Of a stretch of 64,000 bases of DNA, positions 23,121 to 34,960 are shown one piece after another. The notes below the pieces were generated by a model, which was not told the DNA's origin, did not search any database, and saw only the letters and a program-made list of their open reading frames with translations. Source of the DNA: Podarcis erhardii. Lineage: Eukaryota. A program made the translations under genes and the position numbers. Each line of letters starts with the position of its first letter. The stretch's first letter is position 1. The DNA is taken from NCBI GenBank assembly GCA_964252035.1, contig OZ176203.1, one strand, 5' to 3'.

Positions 23121-23811
23121 AAAAAAAAAGGTTATTGGTTCCCCCATTGGTTACAATTAACACAGGCCATAACTGCAGGCCTGAATCAAGTTCTCCTCCC
23201 TCTCCCTTCATAACTGCCTCTTGTATCGTGACATTATAAATTTCCCCACCAGTGGCAGTCAATGAGGTGGAGCAGGACAGAGGTCGGTTTGACTATCCAT
23301 TAGAAAAGGGGAGACGTTGAAACAGAGCTGCCATTTGTTGCAGTATCCTCCTGTTTCTCGTGGACATACATAGATCTCCCCTAATCTCTCCCTTTCCCAT
23401 ACTGCTGCCAGCCCTTATCTTTCAGCTCCAGGAGCACCAAAAGCAACCTGGAGACCTTCATGGCATTCTCCACATGAGACTGGTCTAGGTAGGTTTCCTC
23501 CTTCCCAGCCATCATTTGGAGAGGACCCTATGCTGTCCCTACTATCTCGGACATCCAAGTTGAAAGGGCTGTTCATCTCCTCTTCTGCACCACCCAGAGG
23601 GATGCCTTGCAGGGTGAGGGTGCAAGAGATGTGCAAGAAGGATCCCATCCTCTTCCTTGTCAGAACAAATTAAGGGAATCCTCTACCTACATACCTGGGA
23701 GGAAGCTGCACTGAATACAGTGGGATTTATGCCTCAGCAAATTTGATCCATAAGGGAATTTTCCTTCCTTTAGGTTGTCCACAGAGTGTGTTCTCATTAA
23801 AGGAGAGCATG

Positions 23812-24473
23812 GGTTGCGGATGGGGCCAAACAAGACACCCCCATGGTAGTCAGGCAGGTTAGATTCAAGAGCCTTGGATCAGATTAGAGGTTGGAGTTAC
23901 TGGGGTAAATTTGATGTTGCCAATATAGGGGTGGGAACAGAGGTTATTTAAACAAGGTCCACAGCTTGTTCCTTTCTCTTTCGCTGTGGACACCGGATCA
24001 CCCGCCCGCCCTCCCTTGATTGGGCTTTGCTCTGACCTTGCTATGCCTGTCATGGGGTCGTTTGCATTGGTGCAGGGGCGGGGCCTGGTAGGAATTTTTC
24101 CTTTTGGCTGATTAGTGTGTGCCAATTGGGTTTTGCCTACTGCGTAGCAAATCGTCACAACTTGTAAGGTTGGTGGTTAGGCATTGGTTTAAATTGGTTG
24201 GTGGAGGGGTACGGATTGGCTGTGCCTGCCCCTCCAATGCTGCTGCTGCACGGGAATTCCGTTAAAGGAATTCTGGGGCTTACCATCCCCTCGTCCAAAC
24301 CCTTGGTGCAGGGTGCGGGCCGCGTAAGCTCCAAGGAGCATGCGGGGAGTAGCTGAGGGTCTGTGTCGCAGCCCCAGTTGTCCCTGATCTTGTTCCTCCA
24401 CACTGACTCTCGCTGGAATCCGGGAGTCAGTGCTATCCCCCAAGGCGGGGGGGGGGGACAGCTAGTCATAACC
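23812..24473 (+). mobile_element. GC-rich LTR-like or DIRS/Ngaro-like non-coding element (~660 bp)
   Basis: Termini GGTTGCG...GTCATAACC (a decayed inverted repeat). Flanked by CATG and AATG. Internal hairpins GTCCACAGC/GCTGTGGAC and GAATTCC-GTTAAA-GGAATTC. Confidence 0.5.
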
Positions 24474-26278
24474 AATGCCTAAGCAACCACTCACAATTTG
24501 TATGATTATGCCAAAAACCTTAAACAAAAATAATGTGTGATGTGTGAGTTATTGGGGTAGGGGTGTCTTGGGGACCTCAGCACGCAAATGTGTTTGTTGG
24601 TTGGCATCATCAGGAAATGACATTATCCCAATATATACCTGCCCTTTTATCTGATGTGCTTCAACCAATGGCCTGCTTTAATCCCACATTTATTGTGAAT
24701 TTATTATGGCCATGAACTGCTCAGTGCAGGTGAAGAGACCTTAGAATGGATGCAGTGGAAGAATAGGAGAATTCACCGTCTGCTCTCACAGTATCTCTGT
24801 TGCTGCCAAATAACAGAAAATCACAAAAAGTCATCATCATAATCATCACCTATTACCTCTGTTGTTGTTGTTGCTGCTGCTACTCTTTAGAATATTCAGA
24901 GTATCATCTTGTCATCTTCAAAACAACCCTGTAAGGTAGGTCATTTTTATTATTTCCGTATTGCAGATGGAACTGGAAGCGGCTTCCTTATCGAGTAAAT
25001 TAGGGACCAGTTCTTTTGCACAAGTAGCTGGCATAAAACAAGAAACTGTAAATTAAGTCAATGTAAATTTTACACTGCATTCAAACTGTGTTCAGCAGTG
25101 GCGCTGCTGTTTGCAGATGGAAAACAAGCAGATAAAATAGGGTTTTATGCAGGGGTTGCCAACATGACTGAGCTGAATGGGCTTAGGATCAAGCTTAAGT
25201 CCCGACCCCCTTCTCTGGTCCCAACACACCCCCATAATGTCCATTTTAGGGGACTTGCACTGTCCTGGACTTAGCTGGCTAAATCCCAGCCGAGCAAGGA
25301 TTGAGCAAGTTGTATCAGCATATCTTTGGTTAAACTGGGGTGGGGACTTAGCTAGCTGAGCCAGTTTGAGCTGGCAATCTGTTGGCTGAGCCAGAGATCC
25401 ACTGGATCCTAAGCTGCTCGTCCCTGTGGATCTTGCTATAGGATCACCTTATTTATCTCATTTTAAAAGGCACAGCACCTCCTCCTTGTGTCCTAGGAAA
25501 CAGAGCTTTGGGAAGTTGTATCGGATAGATTTTTCACGGTGAATGTAGGAAGGCATAGCCAATTGGTTCTCAGCATAGGGAGATATTGAGAGACATGAGA
25601 GTTTTCCACATGACCCCCATGTGATGGAATGGAAAAGTGTTTCTTCCAGGAATCTGAACATATAATGGGACTTTCCTACAACCCCTTGGCTAGTTTGCCC
25701 TCCATAACGAGTACTGAATCTGCACACCCTGTAGATCATTCTAAACTTATTATTGTAAAGGCCCTCTCTAAGGAACAATGAAATGAATTATAAGAATGAA
25801 TAATTTGAGAGTTTGCTAACTTAACACAAGAGTTCCTTCTGGACTGAAAAGGAAGAAGATGAGATAATTGCCAATAATTTATTGTAAGGATTCTGATTAG
25901 ATGAATATGATAAGAACAATAGATGTACATGGTAAGGTGTAAGAACACATCTTGTAATCTGATGACTCAAGCACGTGAATTTATATAACCTTGAAGATCA
26001 TTTAAAGGGGAAAAAAGGATTTGCACATGCTGAAACAATCCTAGCCAACCTGCTATCCTCCAGCTGTTTGCAACTACGACTCCCATTAGCCCCAGCCAGC
26101 ACAAAACAGCTGGAGGGTGGCAGGTTGGCACTGGCTGACACAGAAAAATAATGGAGCCAAAGGAAAATAAAGGAGGAATAAATAAATGGGTATAAAGGAG
26201 CAACATCCCCACATTATATTCTTAATGCCTCTCACCCAATAATATTGTATACACAGTGCATGTGGAAAGAGGTACTAA

Positions 26279-26367
26279 GGCTGCAATGTTATATGCACTT
26301 CCCTGAGAGTAAGCCCCACTAACATCAATGGGACTTACTTCTGAGTAAGCATGTATGGATTTGCACC
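26279..26367. repeat. Palindromic interspersed repeat (GAGTAAGYCCC...GGGACTTACT family)
   Basis: GCTGCAAT...GAGTAAGCCCCACTAACATCAATGGGACTTACTTCTGAGTA. Related copies at about 7547, 29969 and 30284. Confidence 0.6.
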
Positions 26368-27069
26368 ATAAGTTTTAGTATTGTGCTGTATCTAGAAGGT
26401 CACACTATGAAGCTAAGCTGGACTCTTCCAGTTTCATCAAGAAAACCAATGGAAAATGAAGAAGATGATGCTATTGATTTTGCTGTGGGAAGAATGGACA
26501 GCGTCAAATTTCTAGGTGGAAAGATTGCAGATGAAGTATTTTGGAGTCAATCATTTATTGGCTTGCTGCTTTTTTGGTCCTCAGCCGAAGACAATTTGCA
26601 ACATTAAAACTTCAGACACACGATAGTATAAAGCCAGAGAGTGCTAAAACAAGTCTACAAGGATCAAAACAACTACAATACATTAAAATAAATTGAAAGC
26701 TTTGCAGAATTAAAAAAATAAATAAATCTTACAGTGAAATCTTGTTTTGTTTGTTGAGTGTGTATCAGATTGCAGCACTGACTGTCTACCTAAAAGAATC
26801 AGAGCCAGAACTCTAGAGATATCATTGCCTACAGTATACTCAGATACATATTCTGGCATTAGGTCCAGTCAAACTGGTTTTAATAGGTTTCTCATTGGTA
26901 CCTCAAGAAGTGCCTCAAGGGAAGCCTTAGGGCAGCTCCCAGGAGTGCAATCCACCTGCTACAAATAATAGGCCTGCCTACCTACATTTTGGAGTAACTG
27001 TCGTCATAAGCAGTTCTAGGCTTGCACCCGTGTTAAGTAACCTAAGCATCCAGTGTCTGAAACTGTTTG

Positions 27070-27325
27070 AAAATACTTTAAAGTTTAGGTTTCAGTGGGC
27101 AGGTGACAATATGTTGTTACACACAGCTCTCTAAAAAGGGGAATCTATGCTTGTCTACTTTGTTTGCTTCAAATAAAATAACAGATTCAGAAAAATACTT
27201 TAAAGTTTAGGTTTAGGTTTCAGTGGGCAGGTGACAATATGTTGTTACACACAGCTCTCTAAAAAGGGGAATCTATGCTTGTCTACTTTGTTTGCTTCAA
27301 ATAAAATAACAGATTCAGAAAAATA
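27070..27325. repeat. ~122-bp near-exact tandem duplication
   Basis: AAAATACTTTAAAGTTTAGG...ACAGATTCAGA at 27070 and 27192. Copy 2 has an extra TTTAGG and one fewer G. Confidence 0.95.
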
Positions 27326-27431
27326 GCAATAGCACCGCATTTAGAAATAAGATGAAATATTTCCCCAAAGTGCTTAGAGCATTGCCAGACCTCTAAATGT
27401 CAGAGCCTGGGTTCCCAGGAACTACCCGGCC

Positions 27432-27455
27432 AATAATAATAATAATAATAATAAC

Positions 27456-27506
<51 letters not shown>

Positions 27507-27826
27507 TTATTATTTATACCCCGCCACTCTGGGCGGCTTCCAACAAAATATTAAAATACCATAATGCATCAAACATTAAAAGCTTCCCTAAACAGGGCTG
27601 CCTTCAGATGTCTTCTAAAAGTCTGGTAGTTGTTGTTCTCTTTGACATCTTGTGGGAGGGCGTTCCACAGGGCAGGCGCCACCACTGAGAAGGCCCTCTG
27701 CCTGGTTCCCTGTAGCTTGGCTTCTCGCAGTGAGGGAACCACCAGAGGGCCCTCGGCGCTGAACCTCAGCGTCCGGGTAGAACGATGGGGGTGGAGATGC
27801 TCCTTCATCTATACTGGACTGAGGCC
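27432..27826 (-). mobile_element. L2 LINE 3' end with (ATT)n tail
   Basis: MKEHLHPHRSTRTLRFSAEGPLVVPSLREAKLQGTRQRAFSVVAPALWNALP. (AAT)n array at 27432-27506. Confidence 0.9.
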
Positions 27827-30800
27827 GTCCTAGTACCATATGCATGGTGTGGCTTTGGGCTGCTGTTTCTCAAACCACAGCTTCCAGGGGTTCATGGCGA
27901 AATTGTTTCTTACTTTCAAAAGCAACTTGTGACCTGGCATAGGGGGTTTGCAGTTCAAAGGGGAAATGTCAAACATTCCAATTAGCCATGCGCAAGCCAT
28001 GTTTAATTGACAGGTCTCAATTATATCTCTGAATCCCAGCCAGAATTTCAATAGTGGGAAATTGGCTAAGTTGCCTCTTCCAATAACCAACAAACATTCT
28101 GACTATCAAAATAATTTCTCATGTGTTTTTTTTAAAAAAGACTCTTCCTTATCTTACTGGTAAGTAATTCACCAGATTTTTGTTTCAAATTCTTCAAAGT
28201 CTTCTAACAAGGCCCACTGGACAATATATACTGGCTAGCTATTTCAGTTGTACTTGTTAAGATCAGATTAGCCATTACTTCCTAATGTTTTCTGTGCACT
28301 AAATCTTTAAGATAAGAAAGCAGAAATAAAGCATAACACAAAAGGATAAGGAATGTGAAGAGATAACTTTCATCAATAGTTCTGAATTTCCCATCACATA
28401 CAAAAATAATTTCCATTTGTTGTCATCACATACACACCACAAATATGTGTTGGGGTTCACTTCCTTTCTCTTATTCAATTGAACAGACATCATCGGTTTT
28501 CTCTTAAAATAATTAGTAACAGAATTGCTGTTTACGAGGTTTTTTTAAGAAAAAATTGTCAGGTTTCTTCTTACATATAAATTCCAAGATTTCCTCACCA
28601 TTTACCTTTTAAAATAAAGGGAATTTAATTGTTTCAACTGTCCTTTAGAAGTGAAATTGACTTGATCAGAAGCATCTTGTGATTTGGTCTAGTCAATGTT
28701 ACTTCTCCAGTAAAATTGTCTTCTCCCGAGACAAAGGGATTTTAGCCATGGCCTGTAAGGGAGCAAGGTTTACCATGCCCTTCTATAGCTTTCAAATCTT
28801 TGGTGCTGAACTGAAAGCGTGAAAGACTAGGGTGCTGCCCCCCTTGTTCTTCAGAAATAATCATCTCCCCACAGCCTTAAAACCACTCACTTCTCAAAAT
28901 GGAAGTACCAAAAAGAAAAGAAACAGGAAACAGGAAGAGAAAATGACTTAACGTTTAAGTTACTTGGCGGAGTTTTGTTTCACCCATTCCCTAGAATATA
29001 AATGAAATGGAAGATTTTGTTTTTTCGAAAACAGACAGGTTTCCAGCAACAACAATTTTGAACAAAATATTTTTACAAGCTAAGTTAGAAGAGCATCATT
29101 CCATTCATGGTCCACACCCATGATAACTTGAAAGACAGAACCAGAGAACAAATATTATGATCAAATGTTCTTTGTTATGAAGAAAGGTTCCCTTTTCTTA
29201 TTTCCATTCCTCTGAGTTCATCTTGTCCCCCACAATGAGACTTTTTGAACTTGAGTGCGTTCAGCCCATAATATATATTTTTAAGTGGATGGAAAACTGC
29301 ATCTAACACCAAGTAGTTTTCATGCGTGTCGTTCAAGGTGGAAATGATCTCTACGATATGTCCACACCCCATGCCAACTTGGTAATGCAGATATTGAAAA
29401 ATATTTAGCATGACACTTAAATGTGCATTGCAAGTGGAAATATTTGTAGAGATTCCAACACATTTTAAAGTGCATTTGCTTCTCTTTAACGTTTGCTTTG
29501 CTAATTTGTTCATCTCGCCCCTCCACACAAACACTATATTTACTGTTCTAGTGCTAATGCATTTTCAGGTCTCTAAAGCTTTTAACCTTTAATCTCCTCT
29601 CATTCAAGTAAGGTTAAGTAATTTTTTCTTTCTTTCTTTCCTTGTGGCCAAAAATAGGTCTTCAATCAAACTTTCCTCTGAAAAAGACAACACTCCCATC
29701 AAACCCTAAAGTGCTTCCTCTTAAAACTTGACAATTTTCCTAGCAATAATGCAGAAAGAATGTGGAGCAGGAGATTATGTAAAACAGGTAATTCTTTTTA
29801 AAAGCACACAGACACAATGTTTTATACCTTTTAAATGAAACTAGGAAGAAACATACAAGAAGGCAACGTTGAATTTAGTGCCTGATCCACCCAAGTTTCA
29901 GCATTTTCAAGGACCATTCAGTTCAACAGGAAAAAATTCACATACACAGTTATGACTTCAGACATTCAGGCTGCAGTCCTATACCCACTTACCTGGGAGT
30001 AAGTCCCATGGAACTCAACAGGTCTTCCTTCTGAGTAGACATATATATCTTTAACTTACAGTGAAATTCTATATAACATCACACAATAGTCTTCCAAATC
30101 ATTGACATCAGTTCATGTATTCCATTTTAAATTGTTTCAAATCCTGCTTTTCAATCTCTGTTATGTCACTGTTTTTATTATTATATTTTTAATGATATAT
30201 TATTATATTTAATGATATTGATATTATATGTTCCTGAAACTGTTGTTGAAGGGTGGCATAAAATTCCCCTAAATAAATTAATAAGGCTGCAATCCTATGC
30301 ACTCTTACCTGTAGGTAAGACTCACTAAACTCAACTGAGTTAACTTGAAAAGGACTGTACTGTTGATTTATTACAGAGCAGGGACTCATGTAGCAATGCA
30401 ACAGCCAGTCTCATTTAAGAGTAAGATTTTAGAAGCCTTTAGATAACCAGTTCATTTATTTTTCAAGGCACCTTAATAGTATTCTTGTGGCACACAGTTT
30501 GGGAGTTATAGATTTACATGATGTCTGGCAGCCTCTGCTAGCTTGAACGCTAATGAAATAGTAATTTAAGTTTAATTTCCAGACATACCATACGTGTAAA
30601 TCAATGAGGGGATACTCAGATGATGTAACAATATAAGTCTCATTCCTAGTGACATTGTACACCCACAAATATTTTCTCTGGGGTCCAAACATTTAAAAAA
30701 AAAAATCTTTAAAAGGAATCTTGCTGCAAGCGTGTTCAAAAATAGAATTGTAGGACGTTATTTTTTGTTTGGGTTGTAATTATAGATGGCGTTTTATTAA

Positions 30801-31387
30801 AAGAAGTCTGAGGTAAGGGATTGTACATTCTATTAATGCTCTATACTGTTAATTCCTGTCACTGTTCACTTGTTACTTTATTTTTAGGGGCAAAGTTATA
30901 GTGAGCTGCTAGATCACATGTGCCAAAGTATTCGAAGTATCTGCAGCTGCTTACATTACAAGCGATCCAAACTGCATTCCTGTCACGAATCATAGATTTG
31001 CGAGTGCAGCGCAACAAGTTTCAAAAGAGAGAGGGAGAACGAGAGAGCAAGGTTATACATGTTGCAATCAGATAGTGAGACTTTATAAGATTCTTTCGTG
31101 TCTGAGGAGCTCCATCATTCTCTCTCGCCCCCCCCCCCCCGTCCTGATGATGGATGGGTTGTGCCGCCATTGCCAGCTTCAATCTTTAGCTTTCATAGCC
31201 GTCCAACGTGCGCCAAGAATGGGTTTAAGTGGCAATGGTTTTGACAGAGCCTTTGCCGCTCTCTTGTCCATACAGCAACCATCAAAAGGTTCACAAGATG
31301 CCATGCGCCAGCAGCTGACATGGGCACACAACTTGAGATCGGAGAGGACTCCTGGAAAACGTGCGGCTCAGAGCTAAAGAGCAGGGT

Positions 31388-31391
<4 letters not shown>

Positions 31392-31429
<38 letters not shown>

Positions 31430-32810
31430 TATTCAAATTTTAAAGGTTACAAAAAGAAAAAGAAAAAAAAGAAAAAAGTAAAGTAAAAAATACAGAAAAA
31501 ATACAATCAGTTAAAAAAAAATAGAACAAATCGAACCTTTACATAGCTTTCTTTCCTTATTTCCTTGACCTCCTCAGACCTCCCATTTTTGTATTCTAAT
31601 TCAAATTATTGTTTCAGCAAATCCTTCCAACCTTGTTTTTATCTTAATAATTTGTCTTAATATACTATAATTTTACATTCTCTCTTTCACCAATTCATTT
31701 TTACTTAATCCTTTATGTCCTTTCTGCCAAAACCACATAATTTTCTTTTTCCAACATCTTTCTAACAATCCTTAATTTTACAATATTTTTGAAGATAAAC
31801 TTTAAATTTTTTCCAATCTTCTTCCACCGACTCTTCTCCTTGGTCCCGGATTCTGCCAGTCATCTCAGCCAATTCCTTGTATTCCATCACCTTCATCTGC
31901 CATTCTTCCCGGGTGGGTAGATCTTGTGTTTTCCAATTCTTTGCAATAAGTATTCTTGCTGCTGTTGTGGCGTACATAAAAAAAGTTCTATCCTCCTTTC
32001 GCACCAATTGGCCGACCATGCCCAGAAGGTCTTAATCTTTGGGCATGTCCACCAAAGGTGAAAGAATGTACTTTCAATCTCTTTACATTTCCAACATTTT
32101 TTTTTTAATACTTTTTTATTCGAGCTTTAAATAATACACATGTCTATATAAATATACATTGTACAAATCATCATATCACTGAACGTATAAACATACATAT
32201 AAATAAATTATTGTTAATTTTTTCTTTTTTACAAAAGAGGAAAGGGAAAAAAAAGGATCAAAAAACAAAAATTTCTTATCATCAAAACAAAAACAAAAAC
32301 AACAAAAAAAACCCTTTGGACTTTATTTAGTCCTGGACTTCCCTCCACCCTATTGGTAAGTATCAAATAATCCTACATTCACGTATTTTCTCTTAATCTT
32401 AAATATTAGACATTCTCTGTTAGAGTTAATCCAGGCCCACCAGTGTCTTCTACTATTTATTTTCAATATATTTCCAGTATTTACTCCAATTTTTATGAAA
32501 TTTTTGCTCATCTTGGTCTCGTATTCTACCCGTTAATCTAGCAAGTTCGGCGTATTCCACCATTTTAATCTGCCAATCACTTATACTAGGTATGGTTTCC
32601 AGTTTCCAGTTTCTCAAACCACAAGAACTATGCTGGCACAAAACTGGAAAATGGAAACCATACATTTCCAACATTTATTATCGGGCAAATGATAAATTTT
32701 TGCAAGCTTGACTGGTGTCAAGTACCACCTGTAAATCATTTTCATTATATTCTCTCTTAAGGCATTACATGCCGTAAACTTCATACCTGTGGTCCATAAC
32801 TTTTCCCAGT
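31392..32810 (-). mobile_element. 5'-truncated L1 with 17-bp TSD, interrupted by a nested L1
   Basis: ORF2 peptides LWTTGMKFTACNALRENIMKMIYRWYLTPVKLAKIYHLPDNKCWKC and MVGQLVRKEDRTFFMYATTAARIL. TSD TAAAGAGCAGGGTTATC at 31375-31391 and 32811-32827. Confidence 0.93.
32100..32660 (-). mobile_element. Nested 5'-truncated L1 of a different subfamily
   Basis: NWKLETIPSISDWQIKMVEYAELARLTGRIRDQDEQKF. TSD TACATTTCCAACATTT at 32084-32099 and 32661-32676. Confidence 0.9.
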
Positions 32811-33247
32811 TAAAGAGCAGGGTTATCAATGAGGAGAGAGGATTGGTTCTTGTCCCATAACGGTGCCTTGATTTGCAGGAGAAGCCTCTCACGGCAGTGG
32901 GGTTGGCACCGTGGGCTGCCAAGGTCAACCGTTCCACTTGGTTGAAAAGTTGGCAACCATGCTCAATAGCCTTCCTTGCCCATCCCTGCAATCCTATTGG
33001 AGAAGGGAGCATTGGGTTATGCGTTTCAGTTGGACACTTAGCAAGACTGGCTCTGTTCATACAGATCCATTCCCTTCCCCTAGAGAGAAGGAGGAGCACG
33101 TGTGAAAGGGGGGCACAGGGGTCAATCTCAAGGGAGCTTTTCCGTAGATTCTGTAGTCCCTTCCTTTAACGTACGCACCACTTCTTAAAGGGCCATGTGA
33201 ACTGTATCCCACCAATCAGACCCCTGGACGGAAGTGTGAGGTGGCTA

Positions 33248-33451
33248 AATCGAGATGTGGAAAACATGGAAACAACGAGGAGAAGCAGGACTAAGATGTG
33301 GAGATATGCTTCAGAGATCCAGACTGTAGGGAGCTCCGAAAAATTAATAAATATAATTTGGTCTTTTTTATTTTAATTGGAGTATTATGATTGGATATAT
33401 TAATTGGATGTTTTTTATTGGGAAATCAATAAAAATGATTTTTTTAAAAAA
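33248..33451 (+). mobile_element. Very short L1-type 3' end insertion
   Basis: AATAAA and A-rich tail. TSD GGAAGYGTGAGGTGGCTA at 33230-33247 and 33452-33469 (1 mismatch). Confidence 0.75.
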
Positions 33452-34442
33452 GGAAGCGTGAGGTGGCTACCTCAGTCACCTGATTTAGAGGTGTAATGAA
33501 AGGACAGCAACTTGGTACGTCAATGCTTTTTAATTCTTCACTATTGATGTTGTCATCAATCACAGGGTGAAGCACTTATGGGATTGTCTGCCTCAGGTGC
33601 TAAAATAACTTGGCCAGCTTTGAAAACAGACCTCAGAGGGGCACAGTGCTGACCTTTGAGGGGGACAGTTTTATACATAGTAATTTTCATTGTATCTTAT
33701 AAATTTATCATAATATTTTATTTTTATTTTATTTTATATTTTGAAGGGTTTTTTTTAATCAACTTGTGAAAGAGACTGTATCGATTGGTGACTATATCGA
33801 TTAAACATGCCCAGGCATGTTCCTGAAAGAATTTTAAAAGGGAAATTTGCAAAGGAAAAGGCACACCAAGTGAGATTTTGACATGCCTGAAATTGAGACT
33901 TACATTTTAACATCACAATTCACACTCAAAATGATGTGTGCTAAAACATTTTCCTTGCAGCTGAGAAAGATAATCAAGGACTGTTGTATTACTCATTCTT
34001 GCAACTTAAAATAAATTTAGCCGTTTCAAGTGATGGACTTGTCTTTTTCTTTTTCCTACGAGGTGTCTGTTTTTGAAAATTGAAGTTAGCAGTTGTGGGT
34101 GAGGGCATGCAAGTAGTGGCAAGCCTTTCCCAGAGCACAAAATAGCCAAGCATCATCACTGAACCCACCTCAGGTAGCACAATGTCCTGGGTCAGCCCTG
34201 GCACTGCTCTTCCCAAGGGTGATCAGATGCAAAAGAAGCTCAGGTTCTGGCACCTCCTTGGAGGAGAGGGAGGTTGTGACGCAAGGAACCTGGACGGAAA
34301 TGCCCTTTTCTGTACAATTATTAAAGGCGTAGGAACCCCATTCTTTTTTCACCTGTCGATCTTCTTACATCAGCCCAAATGTAAACGGCGCAAAAAGAGA
34401 TCAGGAAAAGAGAAAATGCAATATCCTCATGCGGAGCCATTT

Positions 34443-34960
34443 CATTTTATTTTTCGATAGATTTTTATTGAGATTTTAAAGGTTACAAAAAGAAAAAATA
34501 AAGAACAATACAAGAACAAAGAAAAAACACACGAAAAAAGGATGCAGATAATTAAAAAAAAAAAATCAATCCTTTACATAACTTTCTTTCCTTTGCTTAT
34601 TTCCTTGACCTCCTCACACCTCCCTTTTTTGTATTCTAATTCAATTAGATATTTCAGCAAATCCTTTCCATCTTTATTTTTATCCTAATGATTTATCTTA
34701 ATATACTATAATTTTACACTCTGTTCTTTCACCGATTAACAATCCATTTTTACTTAATCCTTTATATCATTTCTGCTAAAACCACATTACTTCATTCCAA
34801 CATCCTTCTAACATTCCTTAATTTTACAATGTTTCTGTAGATAAACTTTAAATTTCTTCCAATCTTCTTCCACCAACTCTTCTCCTTGGTCTCGGATTCT
34901 GCCAGTCATTTCCGCCAGTTCCATATAGTCCATCACCTCCATCTGCCATTCTTCCCGGGT
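34443..34960 (-). mobile_element. 5'-truncated L1 3' end
   Basis: Closely similar to 31392-31920. TSD ATGCRGAGCCATTT at 34429-34442 and 34961-34974. Confidence 0.9.

Noticed and set aside
25440-25780. Possible endogenous viral or LINE relic (106-aa minus-strand ORF; SDSWKKHF in another frame)
   Set aside because: Only a weak resemblance to a pre-RT LINE motif. Not supportable without a homology search.
26383-26607. Exon-like acidic ORF (MENEEDDAIDFAVGRMDSVKFLG)
   Set aside because: No convincing donor site and no recognisable homology.
27200-27215. TTTAGG x2 as an interstitial telomere seed
   Set aside because: It is not the vertebrate TTAGGG repeat and has only two units. A simple slippage duplication explains it.
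29175-29534. 119-aa minus-strand ORF in a TE-poor region
   Set aside because: No recognisable peptide in any frame and weak splice signals. The region may be conserved non-coding sequence, but that cannot be shown here.
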